Positions 27,561 through 37,946 of a stretch of DNA of 64,000 nucleotides are shown here, one piece after another. The stretch lies in contig CAXTHM010000008.1 of NCBI GenBank assembly GCA_964244115.1, positions 407-64,406 of the forward strand, read 5' to 3'. The stretch comes from an uncultured Thermomicrobiales bacterium. GTDB lineage: Bacteria; Chloroflexota; Chloroflexia; Thermomicrobiales; UBA6265. Each line of letters opens with the position of its first letter. Position 1 is the stretch's first letter. The translations under genes and the position numbers were made by a program. The notes under the pieces were generated by a model. That model did not search any database. It saw only the letters and a program-made list of their open reading frames with translations, and was not told the origin of the DNA.

Positions 27561-29810
27561 TCAGTCGGCCGGTGTCGCTGACGGCGGCGGAGCAGGCAAC
27601 TCGGTGTGGCCGAAGCCGAGCCGGTCGACGGCCAGGCGGACCGGCCGCGGCGCCCACCAGTTCCACCGGCCCAGCAGCCGCATCGTCGCCGGGACGAGCA
27701 GGCAGCGCACGATCGTCGCGTCGATCAGCACGGCGACGGCCAGCCCGAAGCCGAGGCTCTTGATGACCGTCACCTCGGCGATCACGAAGCCGCCGAAGAC
27801 GACGATCATGATCGCCGCCGCGCCGGTGATGATCCCGCCCGTGTTCTCGATCCCGAGCGCGACCGACTCCCGGTTGCGGCCGGAGCGGACGTACTCCTCC
27901 TGCACCCGCGACAGCAGCAGGACCTCGTAGTCCATGCTCAGCCCGTAGAGCACGCAGAACATCAGGATCGGCGTCGTCGCGATCAGCTGCCCGTCGGCGG
28001 TGAAGCCGAGCGGACCGGACAGCCAGCCGTCCTGGAAGACGAGGATCACGATCCCGAGCGACGACGTGATCGAGAGCAGCGTCATGAAGATCGCCTTGAT
28101 CGGCAGCAGCAGCGACCCAAAGCTGAGCAGCAGGATCAGGTACGACCCGACGAAGACGAACAGCAGCGCCGCCGGCAGCGCGTCGATGATCCCGTTGCGC
28201 AGATCGACGGTGAAGGCCGCGTCGCCCCCGACCCGGCTCGACACGCCGGCGACGTCCAGATCGCGGATCTGCTCGACGATCGCCTGCGTCCCGGCCGGTT
28301 CCGTATCGAACGAGACCTCCATCAGCGCGGCGTCGCCGTCGACCAGCAGCGGCAGGCCCTGCCGGAGCAGGAACGGCAGGTCGGCCTGGTCGCCGGAGTA
28401 CGACGCCCAGTCGAACGGGATCGCGCTGGCGAGGGTCCCAGTCGTCAGGCTGTCGACCCGGGTGACGCCGGGCAGCGCCGCGATCCGGGTGGCCAGCTCC
28501 GTCTCCGCGGCGACGCTGCCGGCCGAGAGCGCGTCGCCGTCGGTGGCGGTGACGACGACCGGGATCGTATTGCCCTCATTGGCGGCGAACTCGCTCTGGA
28601 GCCGGTCGGAGGCGACCCGCGACGGGCTGTCGGTCCCGACGATGTTGATCGTGCCGGGCGTCAGGTTCAGCGTCAGCAGCGGGATCGACATGACGAGCAG
28701 GACGACCATGATCGGGACGAGGAAGGCGACCGGGCGCCGCATCACCGTCGCGGCAAGGGCGTGCCAGAAGCCGTTGCGGGGGCGCAGATCCGGTCGCCGG
28801 ATCGCGTAGCGGTTGATCCCGTAGCCGAGCACGGCCAGCAGCGCCGGCAGGAACGTCAGCCCGTAGACCAGCGCCAGCCCGACGACGAGGATGCCGGCCT
28901 GCCCCATCTGGGCGATCGTCGGCATCGGGAAGAAGAAGGTCGCGGACAGCCCGAACATGACGGTGATCGCGGAGAAGAAGACCGCCTTGCCAACCGTCGC
29001 GACCGTCACGGCGACGGCATCCTCGACCGGGCGCTTCGCCAGCTCCTCCCGGAAGCGGGAGACCATGAACAGCGAGTAATCCACCCCGAGGCCGAGGCCG
29101 AGCATCGTGACGAGATTCAGCGAGAAGACGGACTGATCGGTGAAGAAGCTGATCGCGAAGGTGACGGCCAGGGTGGCGATGATGCCGATGCCGCCGGTGA
29201 TCAGGGGCAGCCCGGCGGCGACCAGCCCGCCGAAGATCAGGATCAGGAAGACGATGGTCAGCGGGATCGCGATGATCTCGGCCCGGATCAGCCCCTCCTG
29301 GACGGCGACCGTGACGTCGTCATTGACGACCGTGGCGCCGGTCGCGGTGGCCGTCAGCCCCTGGGCGGCGGCGCTGTCCCCGACGGCGGTGACGAGATCG
29401 GAGGAGTTGCTGACGCCATCGGCATCGACCTGGGCGAGGGCGTAGGTACTGCGGCCATCGCGGCTGATGAAGCGTTGATCGCCACCCGAGGCGACGCTGA
29501 TCACGCGGACGACGCCGCGGTCGGGCGTCAGCGGGGCAAGGGCGGCCGCGACACGGGCCGCGACCGCCGGGTCCGCGATCGGGCCGTCGGCGTCGATCAG
29601 GAAGACGATCGTGTTGTCGCCCCGGCCGAACCGGTCGCCGAGCTCCCGGGCGATCTGGATCGACTCGGCGTCATCGCTGACGAGGGCGTTCTCCTGCAGT
29701 TCCGGCCGGATGACGAGCAGTCCGATGATCGCGGCGACGAGGCTGACAGCCGAGAGGATGAGCACCAGCCGCTGATGTGCGGCAATGAGACGCCCCCAGC
29801 GCAGGAACAT
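27561..29810 (-). CDS. MMPL family (RND superfamily) transporter
   Basis: About 750 aa with 12 TM and two large loops. Paralog of 54946..57204. GAGGAG RBS before MFLRWGRLIAA. Confidence 0.9.
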   Translation of the reverse strand: MFLRWGRLIAAHQRLVLILSAVSLVAAIIGLLVIRPELQENALVSDDAESIQIARELGDRFGRGDNTIVFLIDADGPIADPAVAARVAAALAPLTPDRGVVRVISVASGGDQRFISRDGRSTYALAQVDADGVSNSSDLVTAVGDSAAAQGLTATATGATVVNDDVTVAVQEGLIRAEIIAIPLTIVFLILIFGGLVAAGLPLITGGIGIIATLAVTFAISFFTDQSVFSLNLVTMLGLGLGVDYSLFMVSRFREELAKRPVEDAVAVTVATVGKAVFFSAITVMFGLSATFFFPMPTIAQMGQAGILVVGLALVYGLTFLPALLAVLGYGINRYAIRRPDLRPRNGFWHALAATVMRRPVAFLVPIMVVLLVMSIPLLTLNLTPGTINIVGTDSPSRVASDRLQSEFAANEGNTIPVVVTATDGDALSAGSVAAETELATRIAALPGVTRVDSLTTGTLASAIPFDWASYSGDQADLPFLLRQGLPLLVDGDAALMEVSFDTEPAGTQAIVEQIRDLDVAGVSSRVGGDAAFTVDLRNGIIDALPAALLFVFVGSYLILLLSFGSLLLPIKAIFMTLLSITSSLGIVILVFQDGWLSGPLGFTADGQLIATTPILMFCVLYGLSMDYEVLLLSRVQEEYVRSGRNRESVALGIENTGGIITGAAAIMIVVFGGFVIAEVTVIKSLGFGLAVAVLIDATIVRCLLVPATMRLLGRWNWWAPRPVRLAVDRLGFGHTELPAPPPSATPAD

Positions 29811-30080
29811 GGCGGACTCCTCGGAGACGGGGCGGGCGGGGTGACGACAGGCGTGCGACCACCTGTCAGGGGAGGCGATCACCGTCCTGATAGGGTACCA
29901 GCCGGGGCGCCGGCCGGAGGCCGTTCCTCCTGTGGACGCGCGACATGTCCGGCAGGACTGACGTTGCCAGACACGCGGTGATCGCGATGGGGACGACTGC
30001 GATCCGCCGTGCCCGGGACCGGGACGGGAGCGGTGCCCGACGTCTCGATCACGCGTGACAGCGCCTCCCGGTCAGGGCGA

Positions 30081-32324
30081 TCACGGGGCGGTTCCCCGGG
30101 CGACCCCGGTCCCGGGCGGCGTCGACGATGCCACCGTGGTCGACGGAGCGGCCGTGGTCGGCCCGGTCGGCGGTCGGGGAGTGGGGACCGGCGCGGGAGG
30201 GGGTGCCATCAGCCAGCGGACGAGCTCATCCGGCGGCATCGCCGGGGCGATGAGATGCCCCTGGATCCGGTCGCAGCCGGCGGCCCACGCGGCGTCGACC
30301 TGCTCCGGGGTCTCGACCCCCTCCGCCGTCACGACCATCCCGAGGGCATGGGCCATCGCGACGATACCGGACACGATCGTCCGGTCGACGGCATCCTCGG
30401 GCAGCCGCTGGATGAAGCCGTGGTCGAGCTTCAGGTCCGTCGCCCGGAGCGTGCGGAGGTGGGCCAGGGGGCTCGCCCCGGTCCCGACATCGTCGAGCGA
30501 CAGGCGGATGCCGAGGGCGTGGAGCGCCTCCAGGACGGCCGAGGACGCGAGCAGGTCGTCCGGTCCGGTCCGCTCGCTGATCTCCAGCCAGAGGCGGTCG
30601 GGAGCGATGGTCCGGTCGGCGAGCATCCGGGCGACCCGTTCGGGGAAGGCCGGGTCCCGGAGTTGCGGGGCGGCGACATTGATGTTGATGTGGGGTGGCG
30701 ACGTGATGGCCAGCTCGGCGTCCCACGCCTGGAGTTGCCGGCCGGCTTCCGCGACGATCCAGTCGCCGATGGGGAGGATCAGACCAGTCTCCTCGGCCAG
30801 CGGGATGATGTCGACAGGCGCGACGAGGCCGCGCCGCGGGTCTTGCCACCGCAGGAAGGCTTCGACGGTCGCGACGGTACCGGTGGCGAGATCGATCACC
30901 GGCTGATAGTGGAGACAGAACTCCTGGCGATCGAGGGCCTGCCGCAGATCGGCGATCAGGGTCAGATGCTCACCGGCCCGGTCCAGACTGGGGGTGAAGT
31001 GGGCGATCCGGTCGCGGCCCCCACCCTTGGCGGCCCGGATCGCGAGGCTGGCCTCCCGGATCGCGTCGGAGGCATCGCCGGTGCCGGTGTCGTTCATGGC
31101 GACGCCGATGCTGCCGCCGACGATGACCTCCCGATCGCCGATCGGGACCGGCGTGCGCAGGGTGGCGACCAGCCGCTCGGCGATCGCGGTCGCGGCCGCG
31201 GCGGATGTCTCGGTGATGACCGCGACGAACTCATCGCCGCCGAAGCGGGAGACCGTGCCGGCGTCGCCGAGTTCGGTGGTGAGCCCCTGGGCCATCGCGG
31301 TCAGGAGGGTGTCGCCGGCGGTGTGCCCGTAGGCGTCGTTGACGAGCTTGAACCGGTCGAGATCGATGAACAGGACGGCCACGGTGCCGGGGGCGCTCGT
31401 CGTGAGCACCCGAGCCAGGGTCTCATCGAGGAACGCCCGGTTGGGCAACCCCGTCAGGGTGTCGCGGTGGGCCAGGGTACGGAGTTCGTCCTCGACGACC
31501 TTCCGGGAGGTGATGTCGCGGACCACCCCCTGCCAGCTCACGAGATTGCCAGCGTCATCCAGGACGGGAGCCGCCACATCGTGGACCCAGACGACCCGGC
31601 CATCGCGGGTGACCATGCGGTACTCGGCGACGTACGGCTCACCGGAGGCATCGGCCTGATCGGACAGGTGCTGGACCCGGAGCCGGTCGTCCGGGTGCGT
31701 CCGCTGGCGCCAGAGCGAATGATCGGCGAGGAAGGCATCGGGCGGGTCGCCGAGCAACTCCTCGACGAAGGGGCTCACATAGTCGGTCGTCGACACATCG
31801 CTGAGCGTCTCGATGTAGACGACCGCCGGGATCTGCTCGACGAGGTGACGGTAGCGCGCTTCGCTGGCCTTGATCCGGAGCTCGGCGTTGCGCTCGGCCG
31901 TGATGTCCCGGACGTAGACGATCAGGCCATCGGGCGCCGGGAAGATCCGGATCGTGAACCAGCCGTCCAGAACCGGGTAGAAGTTCTCCACCGTCCGGGG
32001 CTGCCCATCCCGCATCGACTGCCGGTACGCCTCGGCCAGCGGCGTCCCGATGACATCGGCATAGATGTCCCAGAAGTTCCGGCCCAGCAAGTGCGACACC
32101 GGGTAGCCCAGGCTGCGTCCGGCTTCCCTGTTGAGATAGGTGAAGCACCACGACCGGTCCAGGGCGAAGACCGCGTCGGTCACCCGCTCGAGGATATCCC
32201 GCGTTTGGGCGGAGATACGCGATGCCGAGGGACGATGGGACGCGGGCGTACGCCGACGAACACTGGTCCTGACCGGCGACGACGATCGTATCAGGCGCCG
32301 TCGGGTTCGCGGGGACATCGGCAC
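30081..32324 (-). CDS. PAS-PAS-GGDEF-EAL c-di-GMP signalling protein
   Basis: Two PAS-like regions. GGDEF motif (RFGGDEFVAV). EAL domain (EAFLRW ... DDVGTG ... KLDHGF). Confidence 0.9.
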   Translation of the reverse strand: MPMSPRTRRRLIRSSSPVRTSVRRRTPASHRPSASRISAQTRDILERVTDAVFALDRSWCFTYLNREAGRSLGYPVSHLLGRNFWDIYADVIGTPLAEAYRQSMRDGQPRTVENFYPVLDGWFTIRIFPAPDGLIVYVRDITAERNAELRIKASEARYRHLVEQIPAVVYIETLSDVSTTDYVSPFVEELLGDPPDAFLADHSLWRQRTHPDDRLRVQHLSDQADASGEPYVAEYRMVTRDGRVVWVHDVAAPVLDDAGNLVSWQGVVRDITSRKVVEDELRTLAHRDTLTGLPNRAFLDETLARVLTTSAPGTVAVLFIDLDRFKLVNDAYGHTAGDTLLTAMAQGLTTELGDAGTVSRFGGDEFVAVITETSAAAATAIAERLVATLRTPVPIGDREVIVGGSIGVAMNDTGTGDASDAIREASLAIRAAKGGGRDRIAHFTPSLDRAGEHLTLIADLRQALDRQEFCLHYQPVIDLATGTVATVEAFLRWQDPRRGLVAPVDIIPLAEETGLILPIGDWIVAEAGRQLQAWDAELAITSPPHININVAAPQLRDPAFPERVARMLADRTIAPDRLWLEISERTGPDDLLASSAVLEALHALGIRLSLDDVGTGASPLAHLRTLRATDLKLDHGFIQRLPEDAVDRTIVSGIVAMAHALGMVVTAEGVETPEQVDAAWAAGCDRIQGHLIAPAMPPDELVRWLMAPPPAPVPTPRPPTGPTTAAPSTTVASSTPPGTGVARGTAP

Positions 32325-32557
32325 TCCGGCGAGAACGGGTTCAGCGGTGACGTGCCAGCCTTCACCGTACGGTGGAGGGTAGGGGCAGGGTCAATCTCGG
32401 CCCATGACCCATCACTCTCATTTCCCGCGGATGAGTATCCCACCCGGACTGACCGGAGAGGGAGGAGCCGCCATCCACCGGTGGGCCGCCCAGCCCGACG
32501 CCCGACCCGACGCATCCCGATGGCCGGGCGTGGCCGGATCGGGCGGACCGGGTTGGC

Positions 32558-32926
32558 ATGGCGGGGCGGCTGCCAGGATACTTGCCCGGTGGAATCGTCG
32601 GCACGACGGTGTCCGGCGAGCCGGTACGGAGAACTCCCTTGGATCGTGACAACCTCGTCGGCATCATCCTGCTCGCCCTCTGCGCCTTCGTCGCGCTGAT
32701 CGGCGGGTATGCCATCGCGACCGGCAACCGGCTGACCTATACCGGGCCGTCGTGGGTGATCACCGTACTGAGCATCTTCCTGCTCGGTGCCTTCGTCTCT
32801 ATGCTCGTCGGCGCGTTCCGGGGGCGGCGGCGCTCCGGCGGGGGGCAGCAGTGGCCCAACCCGACGACAGGCAACCGGCCCTGGTGGCGCGGCATCTGGC
32901 CCTTCAATCGCAACGATCCGCGCTGA
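32558..32926 (+). CDS. Small two-TM membrane protein, unknown
   Basis: Two hydrophobic segments (LVGIILLALCAFVALIGGYAI; WVITVLSIFLLGAFVSMLVGAF). Start uncertain. Confidence 0.4.
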   Translation: MAGRLPGYLPGGIVGTTVSGEPVRRTPLDRDNLVGIILLALCAFVALIGGYAIATGNRLTYTGPSWVITVLSIFLLGAFVSMLVGAFRGRRRSGGGQQWPNPTTGNRPWWRGIWPFNRNDPR

Positions 32927-33313
32927 TCAGCATGACGTGCGTGCGTTATTCAGTGACAGGAACCATCAGCCAGAGCAGGCTGACGGAGGCTTCGCCGATG
33001 GCCCCGGCCGCTGGCAGCTTCGCATGATCGATGACCGGGACCCAAACGAACGTAGCAATCGATGAGCAGGTCGCCGAGGGGCAGGCCCAGCAGGCCCACG
33101 GCGAGGGCCGGCAGCTCAAGGGTGACGTCTAGGACCGCGCCGGCCAGGTCAAGGACGCCCGGACCCCGAACCGCTAACCACAGATCTGGTTCAGTCAGAC
33201 CGGCGATCAGCGCTCCGTTAAGCCTTGCAATCGAACAACTGGTCCGGATCGCACAGATGGCGGTCCGGGCCGGTTTGCTGTGATCGAGATATTGACCTAA
33301 CTAACTCTCGAAG

Positions 33314-33645
33314 TTACGTCTCGCCGACGATCCGATGGACCATCCCGATAACCTGGCGAAGCGTTTCAGCATGTACGTGGCCGCGATGTCGCTGAAACCG
33401 AGCGTGCGAGACTGAACGAATTTGATCGCACATCACGGCAGATGGCAGATCGAGTCCGCCCTCTGGGGGCGAGACGTTGATATGCGCCAGCCAGTCGCGC
33501 TGCCGAGAAGTGATCGCCGCGACGACACAGAGTTGGCTCGGGCTCGAATTGAATCCATCCCAGGTCTGAGACCTCCCTGCTCCCGGCCCGGAACGGGGTC
33601 GAAGTCGATCTCCCAGATCTCTCCCTGACGCGGATAGTCCGCCAC
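33314..33645 (-). pseudogene. Disrupted MazF/PemK-family toxin gene
   Basis: The N-terminal part (PRQGEIWEIDFDPVPGREQGGLRP) and the C-terminal part (FNSSPSQLCVVAAITSRQ...VMCDQIRSVS) lie in two different frames. They join near 33550, and a few residues appear to be missing. Confidence 0.6.
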
Positions 33646-33899
33646 TATGGCCGCTCTTCCAGCCCGTCGAGCAAGGCACCATCAAACACGGCGATCTCAT
33701 CCTGCCACTCGGCCCAGGCAACTGGATCAGCCTGCGCATCGCGGAGCTGATCGTGATATCGCTGCCAGAACAGCTTTTCCTCGTACTGTTCCACCGCCCG
33801 GTCAACCACCGCGCCAATCGATTCCTGCTCGCCTTGCGCCAGATGCTGAAGCCGTGCGTGCGTTTCCATCGAGACCCGAATCGTCGTGGTGGATACCAT
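33645..33899 (-). CDS. Ribbon-helix-helix type antitoxin-like protein
   Basis: 84 aa. N-terminal TTIRVSMETHARLQHLA (RHH beta-strand and helix). Abuts the mazF-like remnant. Confidence 0.6.
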   Translation of the reverse strand: MVSTTTIRVSMETHARLQHLAQGEQESIGAVVDRAVEQYEEKLFWQRYHDQLRDAQADPVAWAEWQDEIAVFDGALLDGLEERP

Positions 33900-34096
33900 C
33901 GATATTCCTTCCTGGTGTGTTATCCATCTTCGTGTTTCAGAAAATGTAACAGTTCCCGTAACGGTGTTCCGGGATCAATTGATCCAACCATCAGGCAAGC
34001 ATCTTTGACATGCCCATATCATCGACAGAAAATGAGTGGCCCACGAACATCCATCGTCGTGGGCCAGTTGAATTTCATCTATTAAGACGAACGCGG

Positions 34097-35482
34097 TCAG
34101 GAGCCGACGAGTTGCTCCGCCAGATCCAGGGCAGCGGGGAGGGGATCGCCAGAGACGGAGGCCGCGTCGATCTTGAGGAGGAAGACCCCGCTGCGGACGT
34201 AGAGGACGACGAGGTTGCCGTCATCGTTGGTCGTCCGCAGCGCCACGATCTCGTCGCCGATCGCGGTGTCGGCCGGGAGTTCGGTGGGCTCGGCCCCGAA
34301 GGCATCGACGAAGGCGGGCAGCGCCTCGGAAGCCCCATCCTCGGTCTCGAACTCGTGGACGCTGACGGCGTACCGGTTGATGTCCTCGTTGGCGGGCTGC
34401 GGGACGGCGTCGTAGGCGATGTACTCGTTGGCCAGCCAGCCCCAGCCCTCGAGGTCGGCCTCGGCCTGGCTGGCGTCCTCGCCCTCGACGACGAAGGTCC
34501 CGGCGACCTCGCTCAGGCTGCGCTCGCCCTCGTCGCTCGGGGTGTCGAAGCCGGCCGGCAGATCGTCCGGCGGCGGCAGGAACGCGGCGATGCCGCCGGT
34601 GCCGGCCGTCGATACCTCGCCACTGGCCGAGCGGGAGGCGCGCGGACTGGCGCTGGCGGCGACACCCGCGGACGGTTCGGCGCTGGCGGCGGCAGCGGCG
34701 TCACTGGCCGGCGCATCGCTGGCCGGCGCGTCACCGGAGGCATCGGCGACGGTGGACGGTGCGACGCTGGCGTCAGCCGCCGGAACCGGACTGGCGGCGC
34801 CGGGCAGGACCGCTGCGCCAGCGACTACCGAGGGACCGGATGACGGCGACGCTTCGAGGGACGGCGATGCCGCTCCCGCGACGCCCTCGCCCGGTTGACC
34901 GGCGACGACCGGGACGGTGGCCGGTGGCGGCGCGTCGTCATCGCCACCGAAGCCGCCGTTGGCGAAGGCGAGGACGGCCGCGACCAGGGCGACCACCGCG
35001 ACCAGCCCGATCACCCCGGCCAGGATCCCTTTGATCAGGTTGTTGCGCTCCGGCGGCGCGATCTGCGGCGGGACGGGCGGCGGGGCCGGCCGCAGGTTGA
35101 GCGGGGTGTGGTCGGGCGGGACGCGGCCGACGGGGTGGAGGGCGTACTCGCTCCGGGCATCGTAGCGGGCGATCGGGTCGTAGGCCGGGCGGTTGGGCGG
35201 CAGGGCGGAGTTGGGATAGAAGACCGGCTCATCGGCCAGCGGCCCGAGCCGGGTCGCGCTGTCGCCGGGGTAGCCCGCTGTCGGGCCGTAGGGCGGAGGC
35301 GGCTGGGATTCGGGCGCGGTGTAGGGATCGAACGCCGCCGTCGGCTGGTAGTCCGTGGGCGACTGGTACGTCGAGGGGGGTGAGACGTCGCCCACGGCCC
35401 CGCCGCCATGTCCGTTCGGCTCGGCGGCGGGCGGCGCGGCGATCGTGGTCGCGTCTCGACGGGTCGGTGGTCGTGGTTCCAT
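34097..35482 (-). CDS. Pro/Tyr-rich single-pass membrane protein with extracellular globular C-terminal domain
   Basis: Cytoplasmic P/Y-rich region. TM segment GILAGVIGLVAVVALVAAVLAF. Ala/Ser-rich linker. About 150-aa C-terminal domain of unknown family. Start at MEPRPP with a GGAGAG RBS. Confidence 0.55.
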   Translation of the reverse strand: MEPRPPTRRDATTIAAPPAAEPNGHGGGAVGDVSPPSTYQSPTDYQPTAAFDPYTAPESQPPPPYGPTAGYPGDSATRLGPLADEPVFYPNSALPPNRPAYDPIARYDARSEYALHPVGRVPPDHTPLNLRPAPPPVPPQIAPPERNNLIKGILAGVIGLVAVVALVAAVLAFANGGFGGDDDAPPPATVPVVAGQPGEGVAGAASPSLEASPSSGPSVVAGAAVLPGAASPVPAADASVAPSTVADASGDAPASDAPASDAAAAASAEPSAGVAASASPRASRSASGEVSTAGTGGIAAFLPPPDDLPAGFDTPSDEGERSLSEVAGTFVVEGEDASQAEADLEGWGWLANEYIAYDAVPQPANEDINRYAVSVHEFETEDGASEALPAFVDAFGAEPTELPADTAIGDEIVALRTTNDDGNLVVLYVRSGVFLLKIDAASVSGDPLPAALDLAEQLVGS

Positions 35483-36200
35483 GCGGTCGTGTGCTCTCCG
35501 GTGATCCGAACCTCGACGACAGGTGGCCGGCGACGGGTGGTCAGCAGCGGCGGACCGGCCCGGTACCGTCAGCGGTGTCTCCCGGCGCATCGACCCGGCT
35601 GCTCCGGGCGATCGACAGGTCTGGGGCGGCGAACGGCGCGGCCGGAACGGGGGTGTGCTGCGGGGGACTCGAGTATACGCAATTTCCCCCGGGGACCGCG
35701 TGGGCCGGTACGCGGCGCCGACCGGTTCAGTCACCGCCGCCTCGCCCGGTCGGTTGCCTGGACACCCGGGCATCCGCCTCGCGGCAATGGCTCCGTACCC
35801 TCATCTACGCACCGGAGCACCGTTAGGTTTCGCCGAACGGCCCGCCGAGGCGCGTTCCCGCCCGACCGGCCCCACAGGGAAGGCCCCGGCACGACGACAC
35901 GACAGCGGGAACCGATCCGGTGCACGCGGCGTCCTTCGCCATAGGGACGGCCAATCGGCCCGTTCCGCACGGTCGACGGCCCACCTCCGGTGGTGCACCC
36001 GCCGGGGGCGCCGCGGCGGCCAGGAATTCGGACCACGCGTGGACGATGGGTCCATGCCGGTTGGATGGAGAGGGGGCTCTTTCGTTGTGGACCGGATCGG
36101 GCCGGATCACCCGGAGTCATCGTCCGCCATCCCGGAGGGATGGACACGGCCTGTCATGCTGGTCCCAGAGTCGATTCGTGCGCTGGACGAGGAATGAGGG

Positions 36201-37760
36201 ATGACGATGGCGATCTGGACGATACGGGCACGCCGCCGGGTGACGGTCGCACTGGTGATACTGCTGGGGATGCTCGCGTTGCTGCCGTCGGTGGCCGGGG
36301 TTGGGGCGGGCAGCCTGGCAACGCCGGTCGGTGTACCGGTCGAGGCGACGCCGGTGGTGACGACACCCGAAGCGGACATGACGACCTCGTGGCCGCTCTA
36401 CGGCCAGGATCTGTCGGGAGCGAAGGCAACCGAGGGGACCGGGATCTCGCCCGAGAACGCCAGCGGCCTCGCCCCGAGCTGGGCGGCGACCGTTGCCGGA
36501 CCTGTCAGTTCGACGCCGATCATCGCCGGGGGCGTCGCCTACGTCGGCTCGTACGACGGCAACCTCTACGCGATCGACCTCGCGACGGGGACCGAGGTCT
36601 GGACGTACGCGACCGGCACTGCCGTCCTGGAACCCAACCTCCAGATCGACCTCGGGATCACCGGTTCGGCCGCCTGGGATGACGGCGTCGTCTACGTCGG
36701 GGACGCCGCCGCGGCCGTCCACGCCGTCGATGCCGCGACCGGCGAGGCGCTCTGGGTGACGACGGTCGACACCCAGCCCAACGCCAGTATCTGGTCGTCC
36801 CCGGTCGTCGTCGACGGGACCGTCTACGTCGGCGTCGCCTCCGTCGCCAAGCAGGTCGGCTTCCGGGGCAGCGTCGTCGCGCTGGACGCGGCGACCGGCG
36901 ATCTCCTCTGGCAGGCGTACATGGTCCCGGAGGGCGCGGACGGCGCCGGCGTCTTCGCGGTCCCGGCGGTCGACGAGAGCCGCGGCCTGGTCTACGTGGG
37001 CACCCAGAACGCCTACACCGCCAACCCGGCTCCCTACGGCAACGTGATCAGCATGGTCGCGCTGGACATGGCGACCGGCGAGGTCGCCTGGGCGTTCAAC
37101 GCCCCGCCGAACGACGGTCAGACGGCGCCGATCGACGACGTCGGCTTCAGCGCCTCGCCCAACCTGTTCACGGTGGAGATCGACGGCGTCTCGCGGGATC
37201 TCGTCGGCGAGGGCCAGAAGAGCGGCGTCTACTGGGCGCTGGACCGGGAGACGGGCGAGGTGATCTGGCAGACGCAGATCTCGCCGGCCGGCTTCCTCGG
37301 CGGGATGGAGGGGACCAGCGCCGTCGCCGACGGCATCATCGCCGTCCCCGCGACCGACTGGCCGGAGTTCGACGGCCCGGCGACCGGGCTCGTCAGCGGC
37401 CTCGACGCCGCGACGGGGGAGGTCCTCTGGGTCGCGACCCAGACCGCGCCGGCCGCCTCGCCGGTCGGGATCGCCGACGGCGTCGTCTTCCACGCCGGGC
37501 TGGACGGGGTCGTCCACGCCTACGACCTGACGGACGGCACCGAGCTCTGGTCGTTCGACCTCGGCGGCTCGGCCAGCGGCGGGATCGCGATCGCCGACGG
37601 CACCGTCGTCGTCGGCGCCGCGACACCGCTGTTCGCCCCGTTCATCCGGCCCGGCACGACCGTCCAGGCCTTCGCCCTGCCCGAGGCTGACGCGGCGACC
37701 CGGGCCGGGTCGGAGGGCACCTCCAGCCTGGCAACACCCCGCTCGACGCCGGCCGGGTAG
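36201..37760 (+). CDS. PQQ-type beta-propeller repeat protein, secreted
   Basis: Third paralog. Signal-anchor VTVALVILLGMLALLPSVAG. Repeated YAxDxxTGxxxW blades. Confidence 0.85.
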   Translation: MTMAIWTIRARRRVTVALVILLGMLALLPSVAGVGAGSLATPVGVPVEATPVVTTPEADMTTSWPLYGQDLSGAKATEGTGISPENASGLAPSWAATVAGPVSSTPIIAGGVAYVGSYDGNLYAIDLATGTEVWTYATGTAVLEPNLQIDLGITGSAAWDDGVVYVGDAAAAVHAVDAATGEALWVTTVDTQPNASIWSSPVVVDGTVYVGVASVAKQVGFRGSVVALDAATGDLLWQAYMVPEGADGAGVFAVPAVDESRGLVYVGTQNAYTANPAPYGNVISMVALDMATGEVAWAFNAPPNDGQTAPIDDVGFSASPNLFTVEIDGVSRDLVGEGQKSGVYWALDRETGEVIWQTQISPAGFLGGMEGTSAVADGIIAVPATDWPEFDGPATGLVSGLDAATGEVLWVATQTAPAASPVGIADGVVFHAGLDGVVHAYDLTDGTELWSFDLGGSASGGIAIADGTVVVGAATPLFAPFIRPGTTVQAFALPEADAATRAGSEGTSSLATPRSTPAG

Positions 37761-37946
37761 CGGGCATCCGGTGCTCTGCGGGGCGCAGGACGGGGACGGG
37801 AATCCCACACGTCTGCAGACTGACCCGGGGATCTAACCGGCACCGGGGGCGTTCCACTTCTCAGCGGACGCCCCCGGTACTGGTCGCGTCGATCACAGGC
37901 CAATCGAGAGCCCGACCGCCGGCGGGCCGTGACCGACGCCGGACCG

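Noticed and set aside
32927-33313. A possible decayed gene between the small membrane protein gene and the mazF remnant
   Set aside because: Minus-strand translation gives short hydrophobic or Leu-rich stretches interrupted by stops. No family is recognisable.
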